A stretch of 64,000 bases of DNA from Waterburya sp. (GTDB lineage: Bacteria; Cyanobacteriota; Cyanobacteriia; Cyanobacteriales; Xenococcaceae), in NCBI GenBank assembly GCA_965217895.1, contig CBDCJV010000002.1:1536001-1600000 (forward strand), written 5' to 3'. The notes beneath the pieces are model-generated. The model was not told the origin of the DNA and did not search any database. It worked only from the letters and a program-made list of their open reading frames with translations. This document shows, piece after piece, positions 1 through 10,730 of the stretch. How positions within the stretch are numbered: position 1 is the first letter of the stretch; every line of letters starts with the position of its first letter. Made by a program: the position numbers and the translations under genes.

Positions 1-2
1 AT

Positions 3-656
3 CCCCAGCCAGAATTACGCACCATCGCCATCAAAGCCTTAAGTAGCTTCCACGATCCTCGTATTCCTCCCGTTTTAATTATGGCATTAAAGGATACTGC
101 CAGTAGCGTTAGAGAAGAAGCTGCGATCGCTTTAGGGTTTCGCTGGGATCTCTGTCAAGAATTTAGCTTGATTAATCATTTACGACCTCTTCTATTTGAT
201 TTAAATATGGAGGTATGCCGTCAAGCAGCAGTATCTTTGGGCAGAATGAAGACCAAAGAGGCAAACGCCGTCTTATTCTCAGTCTTGCAAACAGAAACTA
301 CCCCAGTTAGTTTAAAGCTAGACTTAATTAAAGCCTTGGGCTGGAGTGAAATAAGTTCGGCAATAGACTATCTAAACCAGGCATTGACTAATAAAAGTGA
401 ATTAGTTCGACAAGAAATTATAATTACTCTGGGTAGAATTACTGCTCAACAATTGCAGCAACAATCTGCTCAAGTATTAGTGAATTTTTGGCAACAGAAT
501 CAAGCAGCTTGTGATCCCCAGATCAAGCAGGCTTTAGCTACATCTCTGGGAGAATTACGCTGTAGTTGCGCTCAAATAACTTTAGAACAGCTTGCCACAG
601 ATAGCGATCGCAAAGTTAAGCTGCACGCGCTTTCTGCTTTGAAAAAGCTTTTGTAA
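3..656 (+). CDS. HEAT-repeat (PBS lyase HEAT-like) protein, 5' end outside window
   Basis: Frame is open from nt 3 (PQPELRTIAIKALSSFHDPRIPPVLIM...). Repeated 'VR..AA.ALG' HEAT motifs. Confidence 0.85.
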   Translation, partial: PQPELRTIAIKALSSFHDPRIPPVLIMALKDTASSVREEAAIALGFRWDLCQEFSLINHLRPLLFDLNMEVCRQAAVSLGRMKTKEANAVLFSVLQTETTPVSLKLDLIKALGWSEISSAIDYLNQALTNKSELVRQEIIITLGRITAQQLQQQSAQVLVNFWQQNQAACDPQIKQALATSLGELRCSCAQITLEQLATDSDRKVKLHALSALKKLL

Positions 657-728
657 TTTTCTAAGCGTCGTAAATAATGCTAATCAAACTTACGCAATTT
701 ATGCAATTGCGAAAAAATAGTTAATTTG

Positions 729-859
729 TATGGTCATTCCAATTAATTTCCTTATGGTAGTTTTGTATTGATTGTAAGGTTGAATATTATTTGCTACCTG
801 CTATCTGCTACTTGCTACTTTTTTCAAAGATAATCTGGTTGCTATTTAAAACGACTATA
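729..859. repeat. Degenerate MITE-like element containing heptamer tandem repeats
   Basis: Imperfect terminal inverted repeats (TATGGTCATTCCAATTA vs revcomp TATAGTCGTTTTAAATA) around (T/C)TGCTA(C/T) x4 at 791-818. Confidence 0.4.
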
Positions 860-953
860 ATTGGTAAGACAATGATAATGCGGTCACCTGCACCTAAAAA
901 ATACAAAAGCGAGATCGCTTTTTTCTAGGCTATTTCTGCGATCGCAAGCTAAA

Positions 954-1121
954 CTAAATACGATTTAATTGCTTACTTCTTTTCTGACGATTTTCTCGTT
1001 CCAATTGAACGATTATTTCTTCTAATTCCAAACTTGCTAGTTCTAACTTTTGTCTTTCTTGGCGCGATTTTAATAGTGTTTGTTTGACTTGTTGGCGATC
1101 GGGTAAATTTTCCTGATTCAT
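954..1121 (-). CDS. Small coiled-coil hypothetical protein (55 aa), not in ORF track
   Basis: MNQENLPDRQQVKQTLLKSRQERQKLELASLELEEIIVQLERENRQKRSKQLNRI*. Its ATG overlaps the upstream gene's TGA (ATGA). Confidence 0.7.
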   Translation of the reverse strand: MNQENLPDRQQVKQTLLKSRQERQKLELASLELEEIIVQLERENRQKRSKQLNRI

Positions 1122-1462
1122 GATAAACCCCAATCTAATTTAATCTCTTTAATACTTTGCTCTAAAGCGGGTACTCTATTTCCAATAGTAGAAACCCTCT
1201 TTGATAATAACTCTAATATAGCTGAAGTAATGGTAGGTTGTATTTCTGAAATCTGAAGCAACAATCTAGATATTTGACTGTAAAGATCGGCTGCTTGTAA
1301 AGCGATCGCTGTTAATTCATCTAAGGTGCTAATAGTCTCGTCTATTTCTCCAAAACTATCTAATAATAAATATTCTGCTAATTTTGCTTCATTTACACTT
1401 TCAAGAAGTGATTTTTGCAAGCTTACCAAATTATTCATCAATTCCGCAGAAAGTCTTGCCAT
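1118..1462 (-). CDS. Hypothetical all-helical protein (114 aa)
   Basis: ORF with amphipathic heptad pattern, coupled to the 55-aa ORF. Confidence 0.75.
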   Translation of the reverse strand: MARLSAELMNNLVSLQKSLLESVNEAKLAEYLLLDSFGEIDETISTLDELTAIALQAADLYSQISRLLLQISEIQPTITSAILELLSKRVSTIGNRVPALEQSIKEIKLDWGLS

Positions 1463-1612
1463 TACTTGCTGTACTGTTTTTTATCTTTGTTAAGTATACA
1501 GATGAAGGACATTATCAGACTATTTTTTAATGAGCGATCGCCTGTACCCAAAAACTACAGAAAGGCGATCGCTTTTTTAGTAGAGATTATGGCGATCAAC
1601 AATAACAATTAT

Positions 1613-1732
1613 TTATTTTATGCAGGAATTTGAGTATCTATAATATTCAACGAAACTGGACGGTTGCGGAATTTCATTGCCGTCTTCAATAAGTAAATCT
1701 TCGGCTGTTGCATAAATCGCTATAGCCCCATG
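1613..1732 (-). pseudogene. Possible HicB-like C-terminal fragment
   Basis: Startless frame HGAIAIYATAEDLLIEDGNEIPQPSS... resembles the HicB 'L.EDG.EIP.P' tail. Confidence 0.3.
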
Positions 1733-1807
1733 TTATTTTATTTTCTTGCAAATAACAAATATTAGCAATGATTGATATCAAATAAACTAAAGGGTAATGC
1801 AACAAAT

Positions 1808-3163
1808 TTAGAGATCTACAGGAAAGGCATAATAAGCAATTCCTTCGGATTGATAGTTAGGCAAATTATCTTCAACAAAATCTCTTTCTGAAGCTGAAGG
1901 CGTATAAAAATGCGTTCCAGTTTCAGGACGTAAAAAACGATAGACAGGGATAGTTCCTGGCTGTTGTTCAGTGTAGGCAAAAAAGGACTCACTTTCTAAA
2001 CTAAAGTTGTCTAAATTATTGGCAATAAACTCTTTTTCCGTTGCCGAAATAGTATACAGGTGCGTGCCTGTATTCTGATTCAAAAAGCGATAAACTTGTT
2101 GTGGTTCAGGGTTAGCGGTCAACGAATCGACGCTAACATAAGAAGCACCTTCAGAAACGTAGTTCGGCAAGTTTTTAATAATAAAGTCTCGTTCGTTTAC
2201 AGATGTGGTATACAAATGTGTTGATGTATTCTGATTTAAGAGACGATATACGGTTGAACCTAAAACATCAGGATCGAATTCTCGATCTGCTACTTTGACT
2301 GAAAAAGTGTCTTCCACCGAATCACCAAGTAAGTCTGTAGCCTTGATGCTAATATCTGCTGTACCGCTTTGATTATCTGCATAGTTAAGTGTCAGTTCAC
2401 CTTCGTTAATCGATACATTGACCAAATCAGGATTAGAATTACTGACAACTTCAAACTCAAGCTCATCCTGTTGAGATATAGAGATATTGCTATAACGAAC
2501 TAAATTAGCATCACTTTCTACTACAGGATTATTAGGATCTTTAGTAATGACGGGTAAATCGGTAAAGGCAGTATTTGCCCCACTAGCATCAATGATCGGC
2601 AAAGCAGCGATCGCATCTATCGGTTTCAAATCAGCATCGGTAAGCACCTCGCCAAAAACAGTAAATCCGCCATTTTGGTTATCTAGATTAGCAGAATTAT
2701 CAGCTAAATTGAAAAACCATTGATTAGTAGCACTATTAGGATCGTCACCCAACTTCGCCATGGCGATTGTACCTCGAAGGTTAGATCTATCTGCACTAAA
2801 TTCATTGACTACAGGCGGATCGGCAGGAACTTGTCCTATCGCTAGGTCCTTGACTGTAAACCCTCCTCCTTGCACGATAAAGCCTGGCACAGAACGATGA
2901 ATAATAGAATTTACGTAATCTCCATCTTGAACATAGTTGCTAAAGTTGTCTACAGTTTTTGGCGCACCTGCCCCAGCCTGATCGAATAAGAGGACATTAG
3001 TTACCCCGCCTCCTAAAGAATTATCGGTTAGTGCAAAACTAGCTACCTGTCCAGTGGTAAAAGGATCGTCAAAGTGTTTTGATAAATTGACGTTAGTGTC
3101 TGTTTCATTTTTAAAAACGACCAGATCATCAAGGGATTGAGTAATAATGGGATTAGTAGTCAT
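1808..3163 (-). CDS. Cyclophilin-type peptidyl-prolyl isomerase with Ig/cadherin-like segments and three C-terminal 'VYRF.N..TGTH.YT' repeats (DUF5648-like)
   Basis: IHRSVPGFIVQGGG, RGTIAMAK, NSATNQWFFN and FTVFGEV cyclophilin motifs. ATG at 3163 (TTG at 3169 is the alternative). Confidence 0.85.
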   Translation of the reverse strand: MTTNPIITQSLDDLVVFKNETDTNVNLSKHFDDPFTTGQVASFALTDNSLGGGVTNVLLFDQAGAGAPKTVDNFSNYVQDGDYVNSIIHRSVPGFIVQGGGFTVKDLAIGQVPADPPVVNEFSADRSNLRGTIAMAKLGDDPNSATNQWFFNLADNSANLDNQNGGFTVFGEVLTDADLKPIDAIAALPIIDASGANTAFTDLPVITKDPNNPVVESDANLVRYSNISISQQDELEFEVVSNSNPDLVNVSINEGELTLNYADNQSGTADISIKATDLLGDSVEDTFSVKVADREFDPDVLGSTVYRLLNQNTSTHLYTTSVNERDFIIKNLPNYVSEGASYVSVDSLTANPEPQQVYRFLNQNTGTHLYTISATEKEFIANNLDNFSLESESFFAYTEQQPGTIPVYRFLRPETGTHFYTPSASERDFVEDNLPNYQSEGIAYYAFPVDL

Positions 3164-3302
3164 AAACAATTTTCCTCAGCGAAAATAATCATTGTGTCGC
3201 TACTAATCTAGACGAGCAAAAAGATAAACGCTAGACTATTTGTACAAAAGTGATTTCAAATTTATACATCTCTTAGATACTGGATAGAGGAGCAAAATAA
3301 TT

Positions 3303-3440
3303 ATGTCTGACTTAAATCGTGGAATTATGAAATTTGATGGTGCAGATAAACCTATCTTGGTTGCTGTATCCGCAGTTATTATTTTTGGTAGCATTATTGC
3401 TTTGATTTCTTGGGCATTAAACTCTGCTTACGCAGTCTAG
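3303..3440 (+). CDS. ndhQ: NDH-1L complex small subunit NdhQ (45 aa), not in ORF track
   Basis: MSDLNRGIMKFDGADKPILVAVSAVIIFGSIIALISWALNSAYAV*: NRGIMKFDGAD signature plus a single TM helix. GAGGAG upstream. Confidence 0.88.
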   Translation: MSDLNRGIMKFDGADKPILVAVSAVIIFGSIIALISWALNSAYAV

Positions 3441-3551
3441 ATTTAGAGCGATCATCATCAATTGGAAACAGGGAAATGAACTGTATTTTTATCCTCGGCA
3501 AAAAAGATCACAATCCTATGTTATGATTCTAAATTGTATTGTGGTGCATAA

Positions 3552-3633
3552 GGGTCGGTGCCCGAGCGGTTAATGGGGGCGGACTGTAAATCCGCTGGCT
3601 ATGCCTACGTTGGTTCAAATCCAACTCGGCCCA
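3552..3633 (+). tRNA. trnY: tRNA-Tyr (GTA)
   Basis: GGGTCGG/TCGGCCC acceptor stem, anticodon loop CTGTAAA, long variable arm, GGTTCAAATCC T-arm. CCA not encoded. Confidence 0.97.
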
Positions 3634-3647
3634 TACTATTTATATAT

Positions 3648-3674
3648 AAAAAAGAGGCTCAAAGCCTCTTTTTT
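3648..3674. terminator. Bidirectional intrinsic terminator between tRNA-Tyr and ndhH
   Basis: AAAAAAGAGGCT-CAA-AGCCTCTTTTTT. Confidence 0.85.
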
Positions 3675-3828
3675 ATTGTTCATTAGATATTGATCGTTAT
3701 CCTTTGATAGATCAATATCTAGAAGGCGATCGCCAAAGATGTCGTTACCGTTTTGATTTGTGAGATATTTTTGCCAAAAAATAAGATGAGACTTGCTCAC
3801 CTTATGAAAACGTTTATTTTTTTTGAAT

Positions 3829-5013
3829 CTAGCGATCGACTGAACCCATAATAATGTCTACACTACCAAGAATAGGCATAATGTCTGCTAATTTAACTCC
3901 CTTGAGTATATTTGGTAAAATTTGTAGGTTATTAAAGTCAGGGGCGCGAATTTTCCAACGCCAAGGAAAGACATTATCATTGCCGACAATAAAGATTCCT
4001 AGTTCACCTTTGCCACTTTCTAGGCGAACATAGTGTTCTCCTTCAGGTATTTTGAACGTCGGCGCAACTTTCTTGGCTATATACTGGTACTCAAAGTCGT
4101 TCCACTTAGATTTGCGTCCCTCGTCCATCCTGCGTGCTTCTAGGTTTTCATAAGCACCGCCTGGAATGCCTTTTAGAGCTTGACGAATAATTTTGATCGA
4201 TTCGCGCATTTCACGGATACGCACCAAATAGCGGGCAAAGCAATCTCCCGCAGTTTCCCAATGTATATCCCAGTCGAAGTCGTCATAGCATTCATAGTGA
4301 TCTACTTTGCGTAAGTCCCACTTAACCCCAGAAGCTCTTAACATTGGTCCTGATAAACCCCAGTTAATAGCTTGCTCACGGCTAATAGTTCCTACACCTT
4401 CAACGCGACGACGAAAAATAGGATTATTGGTAATTAGCTTTTCATACTCATCAACCTTAGGATCGAAGTAGTCACAAAAATCTTCACATTTGTCGATCCA
4501 ACCGTAGGGTAAATCAACTGATACTCCACCAATACGGAAATAATTATTGTTGATTAATCTCTGTCCAGTAGCAGCTTCCCACAAATCATAAATCAACTCC
4601 CGTTCGCGAAAAATATAAAAGAAGGGAGTTTGTGCGCCCACATCTGCCATGAATGGACCTAACCATAGTAAATGATTAGCAATGCGGTTTAACTCTAGCA
4701 TGATCACCCGAATATACTGGGCGCGCTTGGGTACTTCGATCCCAGCTAGCTTTTCGGGGGCATTAACTGTAATTGCTTCATTGAACATCCCCGCAGCATA
4801 GTCCCAACGGCTTACATAAGGAACATACATAACGCTGGTGCGGTTTTCGGCAATTTTCTCCATACCTCGATGAAGATAACCGATTACGGGTTCACAATCG
4901 ATTACATCTTCCCCATCAAGAGTTACAATCAGGCGTAAAACGCCGTGCATTGAAGGATGATGAGGCCCCATGTTGAGAATCATGGGTTCGGTTCTAGTTT
5001 CTATCTGTGCCAT
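3829..5013 (-). CDS. ndhH: NAD(P)H-quinone oxidoreductase subunit H
   Basis: [15 protein letters not shown] and [13 protein letters not shown]-terminal DIIMGSVDR. Confidence 0.98.
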   Translation of the reverse strand: MAQIETRTEPMILNMGPHHPSMHGVLRLIVTLDGEDVIDCEPVIGYLHRGMEKIAENRTSVMYVPYVSRWDYAAGMFNEAITVNAPEKLAGIEVPKRAQYIRVIMLELNRIANHLLWLGPFMADVGAQTPFFYIFRERELIYDLWEAATGQRLINNNYFRIGGVSVDLPYGWIDKCEDFCDYFDPKVDEYEKLITNNPIFRRRVEGVGTISREQAINWGLSGPMLRASGVKWDLRKVDHYECYDDFDWDIHWETAGDCFARYLVRIREMRESIKIIRQALKGIPGGAYENLEARRMDEGRKSKWNDFEYQYIAKKVAPTFKIPEGEHYVRLESGKGELGIFIVGNDNVFPWRWKIRAPDFNNLQILPNILKGVKLADIMPILGSVDIIMGSVDR

Positions 5014-5273
5014 AAATCAGCAATATTTCTGTGATTAAGAAATGAATTAATTCTTACCTGCTATTAGTTATCTATCTTATCTAGTTTCTGGACGGGATAG
5101 AAACTTAAACTGATTGTTTGAGCAAAAACTTTATCTGAATTAAGGCAGGAATTGTTTGTTTAAAAATTTCAACTTGTTATATATTAGGCTGGATTTGCCG
5201 CTGTGCTATGTATAAAGCGATCGCGCCTACGAGATTTTATCCTTTTGTCACTCTTTAAAATGTCAAATGATAG

Positions 5274-6524
5274 CTAGCTGTTCCAGGTTTTAATTACTTT
5301 TCCGGTGATTTTTTGATTATAGTAAGGAGTATTTGCAGCGGGGCTTTTGAGATTTTCTTGATTGGCTAACCAAGTTTTTTGAGGAGCGAATAATACTAAA
5401 TTGGCAGTTTTTTCTGGCGCGATCGCTATAGGTTCTTGTTGTAGACATTGGCGAGGACGACTACTCAAAGCCTGCCATAGTTCTAGGGCTGATAGCTTTC
5501 CTGTTTTCACTAGTCCCTGCCATAAAAGAGGTAAGGCTAACTCTAAACCAATTACCCCTGGTGGGGCAAGAGCAAATGCTACGGTTTTTTCTTCGTAGGT
5601 ATATGCCTGATGATCGATGGCGATCGCATCAATAATTCCCTGTTTAACTCCAGTAATTAATGCAGTCTGGTCGTTTTTGTCTCCTAAGGGTGGTTCGAGG
5701 CGTAAATTGGGGTCATAGCTATCTACCGCATCATCATTCCATAATAGGTGCATCCAGGTCGTGCTGGCGGTTATCGTTACTCCCCTTGCCTTAGCATCGG
5801 CAATTAACTCCACTCCTCTTTTAGTAGAGACGCGCATAATATGAACAGGAGTCGGAATTTTTGCCACTATTTCTAAGACTGCTGCTATAATCGCTGCCTC
5901 GGAAAAAGCAGGATTTCCTGCCATACCGTAACGAATAGAGGTTAGTCCTTCTCTAACAACACCGTTTGCTGCTAGTTCGTTGTGGTTAAGAGCGATCGCT
6001 AGAGGCTTTTGCCAAGGCTGAACATATTCCAAAACCTGTCTAAATAGATTTAGATCGCTCAATTTATAGCGATCGCTAAAGCCAATCACTCCTGCCTTTA
6101 AATCCCCCAGTTCATTCATCTGCTTTGTATCAATAGTCTGGGAAATAGCACCCCAAAAACTTAGCTGAGATTTTTTTAGACTAATGCTTTTTTGATTAAC
6201 AGCAGCTAATATTTCAGCATTATCAATCCGAGGCAGAGTATCAGGCAAAATTCCTACTTGCGTAAACCCTCCCGCAGCAGCAGCCTGAGCCAAAGCTAGT
6301 AAAGTTTCTCTGGCTTCGTTACCTGGTTCGCCACTGTGGCTATATAAATCTACTAATCCTGTTCCTAGAATAAGATCGTGTCCAGAGAGTATCTGTGTTT
6401 GACTAGGATAGTCCGTCAGGCGATCGCTAATTTGCTTAATTTTACCGTCTTCAATTAGCACATCCGACAAGCGATCAATTTCTTGAGCAGGGTCAATTAC
6501 TCTTACCTGTTGCAGTAGTTCCAT
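5274..6524 (-). CDS. pyrC: Dihydroorotase (cyanobacterial PyrC-like)
   Basis: Amidohydrolase fold: GLVDLYSHSGEPG, AAAAGGFT, LEPPLG, IDAIAIDH. Several metal ligands are substituted, so it may be the PyrC'-type. Confidence 0.85.
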   Translation of the reverse strand: MELLQQVRVIDPAQEIDRLSDVLIEDGKIKQISDRLTDYPSQTQILSGHDLILGTGLVDLYSHSGEPGNEARETLLALAQAAAAGGFTQVGILPDTLPRIDNAEILAAVNQKSISLKKSQLSFWGAISQTIDTKQMNELGDLKAGVIGFSDRYKLSDLNLFRQVLEYVQPWQKPLAIALNHNELAANGVVREGLTSIRYGMAGNPAFSEAAIIAAVLEIVAKIPTPVHIMRVSTKRGVELIADAKARGVTITASTTWMHLLWNDDAVDSYDPNLRLEPPLGDKNDQTALITGVKQGIIDAIAIDHQAYTYEEKTVAFALAPPGVIGLELALPLLWQGLVKTGKLSALELWQALSSRPRQCLQQEPIAIAPEKTANLVLFAPQKTWLANQENLKSPAANTPYYNQKITGKVIKTWNS

Positions 6525-6667
6525 TCTTTACTTTTGGTTTACGAGTGATAAATCACTGGGCAAAATAACGCCTCTCTCATTTACGCCCACTAAATCTAGT
6601 TTAAAAGTTAATCGCTAATAGCTTTACAGGCTTTCAATTGTCTCGACCAAATAACATTTAATAGTAG

Positions 6668-6697
6668 TTGACATTGTGTACTGCAAATCATCATAAT
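6668..6697 (+). promoter_or_regulatory. Putative sigma70-type promoter of purA
   Basis: TTGACA-N18-CATAAT about 37 nt before the TTG start. Confidence 0.5.
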
Positions 6698-6718
6698 AAT
6701 AGTTTGTGTAAACTTTAG

Positions 6719-8071
<1,353 letters not shown>

Positions 8072-8150
8072 CCTGCAACAAGGTAAGCAAACTGCAAACC
8101 GCAGTTAAAATTCTGAACCATATTACTGACTATCAAAACAATTAAAGACT

Positions 8151-8804
8151 ATGAACATTACAGTTGAATGCAAAAGCAGACCTGAAGGAAGTAAACCCAG
8201 AGCATTGCGTCGTGAAGGATTAATTCCTGTTGCTTTATATGGTCATGATGGAGCTAACTCTGTTTCTCTGACAATACCTGCAAAGGAAGCACAAATTCTA
8301 TTAAGACAAGCAGCAATTAATAACACGCTGGTTGATTTGCAAGTTCCAGATATTTCTTGGAAAGGCAAGGCTTTAATTAGAGAAGTACAGGCTCATCCTT
8401 GGAAAAGAACTCTCAATCATCTTAGTTTCTTTACTGTTTCTGCCGACCAACAGGTAGAAATTGTTGTTCCAGTAATACTTGTAGGTGAAGCTGCTGGCAC
8501 CAAAGAAGGAGGAATTGTCGAACAGATTATGACTGAATTGAAAATTGTCTGTGCTGCTGATAAAATTCCCGAATCTATTGAAATTGATGTAACCAATTTT
8601 GAAATTGGTAGCCTTTTACACGTAGGAGAAATTACCCTACCAGAAGGTGCTGTTGTTTTAGATGATCCTGAAAGAACCGCTATTTCTGTTGTTGTTCCAG
8701 CCAAGCCTGTTACCGAAGACGAGGAAACTGAGGAAACAGAAGTTGTAGGAGAGTCAAAAGAATCAGCAGAGTCAGAAGAATCAGAAAAATCTCAGTCAAG
8801 CTGA
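8151..8804 (+). CDS. rplY: 50S ribosomal protein L25 / Ctc
   Basis: LRREGLIPVALYG, REVQAHP, GGIVEQ; acidic tail. Confidence 0.95.
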   Translation: MNITVECKSRPEGSKPRALRREGLIPVALYGHDGANSVSLTIPAKEAQILLRQAAINNTLVDLQVPDISWKGKALIREVQAHPWKRTLNHLSFFTVSADQQVEIVVPVILVGEAAGTKEGGIVEQIMTELKIVCAADKIPESIEIDVTNFEIGSLLHVGEITLPEGAVVLDDPERTAISVVVPAKPVTEDEETEETEVVGESKESAESEESEKSQSS

Positions 8805-8864
8805 TTTTCAGGTTTAGAATTTAGCTTTCGATTTTTGAAAAAACTTGCTGTACGTGCAGACTCT

Positions 8865-8893
8865 ACCAGGAATATTTGATATTCCTGGTTTTT
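8865..8893 (+). terminator. Intrinsic terminator after rplY
   Basis: ACCAGGAATAT-TTG-ATATTCCTGGT followed by a T run. Confidence 0.8.
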
Positions 8894-8953
8894 GCTATTT
8901 GTGCCGAGAAGCTACCTAAGAAAAGTTTCATGAGTAATTTAGCAATTTGCCGC

Positions 8954-9328
8954 TCATTTCTTTTTTGCCTGATGTAAAATTAAGCGATTTCCGCCTGGGT
9001 CATAAGCATAAATCTCCTGACCATGGGAACTATATATTACTTCTCCTGGTGGAGTATAACCCATATCAGCTAGAAAGGCGATCGCCTGTTCTAAATTTTC
9101 TACCTCGATACATAAGCTCATACTGCTGCTAATGTTATCGAACTCTAATTTTCGTTCCGTTTTAGGATGGAAAATGCCTAAGCGCAGTTTTTGTAATTTG
9201 AACTCTCCGTAAACCCCAGGACGGTAAACTGTAGGCTGTATTTGTAACAAATGACTATAAAAGTCGATTAAAGCTTGAATATTATTAGTAGATATAGTGA
9301 CAAAGATATCCAGATAATCAAAATTCAT
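8954..9328 (-). CDS. VOC / glyoxalase-like family protein
   Basis: FYSHLL...CIEVENLE...YAYDPGGNRLIL pattern. Confidence 0.85.
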   Translation of the reverse strand: MNFDYLDIFVTISTNNIQALIDFYSHLLQIQPTVYRPGVYGEFKLQKLRLGIFHPKTERKLEFDNISSSMSLCIEVENLEQAIAFLADMGYTPPGEVIYSSHGQEIYAYDPGGNRLILHQAKKK

Positions 9329-9717
9329 ACAATCTTCAAAGTTATTTCTTAAGAATCCATTTATAGTAAAGAATATACAAAATATATTAAGGTAGTAAAG
9401 CCTAGCGTTTTAACTCTTGAGCCTATTTTGGTAATATGGGTTACTTTACAATCTAGAAAGTATAGTTTTATTCTCAGGTGTTTCATTGGTATATATAGCA
9501 GTCAATAACTAGTTCTTAGTAACATCTAAACCCAAATAAAATACTCATTAATCAACTTAATATTAATTTTTTACTCAAGATAGCCCAATCTATTAAAACA
9601 CTGTTTTACACAACAATTTAATTAATTAGCTGTGAATGATATAGTAATCTTCAATCACTGCTTAATGATATTTTGAAAAAGCCTAAATCAAATTAATTTA
9701 AAAGTATATTTAATATA

Positions 9718-10437
9718 ATGATCAAAGTCTTGATAGTAGACGATCAAAAAACAGTACAAGAAATTCTGAAAAGTTATATTGAAGAAGAATCAGGCTTGGA
9801 ACTTGTTGGTTGTGCTGAAGATGGTCAAGAAGCCATAGACCTAATTCAGGTACACCGACCTAATATTGTTTTAATGGATATTGAAATGCCTATTTTGGAT
9901 GGGCTGTCAGCTACTAAAATTATCACTGAAAAGTTTATAGATACTAGCGTCTTAATTATTAGCGTTCACAATGAAGATACCTATCTAAATTCTGCTTTAC
10001 AGGTAGGTGCAAAAGGATATTTAAAGAAAAATACTCCTGCCAAGGAATTAATCAACGCCATTTATTCTGCTTATAAAGGATATTTTCAGTTAGGGCCTGG
10101 TTTACTAGAAAAATATTTGCATAAAGTTACTGATTCTCAATCTAATTCCCAGGAAATAGAGCAGCTAAAATCAGTAATACTCCAGCAGTCTAAACTGCTA
10201 GAAGATTTGAATACTGGCTCTAGTAGACAATCAAGACGCGATCCTCGTAGCCGGGATAGAAAACCTAAGAGTCAATACTCTTTAGAAAATCAATACGCTA
10301 ATTTAGAACAGCAAGTATATTACCTTAACAGCTTTGTAGATAAGCTTAATCAAAGAGTTGGTTTTCTGCAACAGTTTGGTGTTCTAGTAATACTGTGTTG
10401 CGTAGTTTTAGGTATATTGCTGCTAGCTACTTTATAA
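9718..10437 (+). CDS. Response regulator: NarL-type receiver, coiled coil, C-terminal TM helix
   Basis: VLIVDD, LMDIEMP, GAKGYLKK receiver motifs. Hydrophobic C-terminus; no HTH. Confidence 0.85.
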   Translation: MIKVLIVDDQKTVQEILKSYIEEESGLELVGCAEDGQEAIDLIQVHRPNIVLMDIEMPILDGLSATKIITEKFIDTSVLIISVHNEDTYLNSALQVGAKGYLKKNTPAKELINAIYSAYKGYFQLGPGLLEKYLHKVTDSQSNSQEIEQLKSVILQQSKLLEDLNTGSSRQSRRDPRSRDRKPKSQYSLENQYANLEQQVYYLNSFVDKLNQRVGFLQQFGVLVILCCVVLGILLLATL

Positions 10438-10730
10438 ATTAATAAATTAGCAAAATGTCAGAAATTTTTGCTTGCTTTGACTTCAAAAGCCCATAGTTTA
10501 AAAATCTTCATACTTATACCCAATTTTGAGACTACCATCCGTAGGATAATAAAAAGTTATTGACCAAAACGGTTACAGTAAAGATATTACTTCCATCAAG
10601 GGAAAAGGAACAAACCTTATCATTTTTGTTTAAAGGCGAAGCAATCTGTAACATCACAAGTCTTTACTAAAAACTTATATCTTTAAAAAGATACTTACTT
10701 ACACACTTATTTTGATTAAAGGAGAAAATA

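Noticed and set aside
1415..1633. 72-aa plus-strand ORF
   Set aside because: Overlaps the start of the 114-aa gene, runs through HIP1-rich intergenic DNA, and has no protein-like features.
3633..3829. Possible integrative element at tRNA-Tyr
   Set aside because: No integrase and no duplicated tRNA 3' end was seen; ndhH follows directly.
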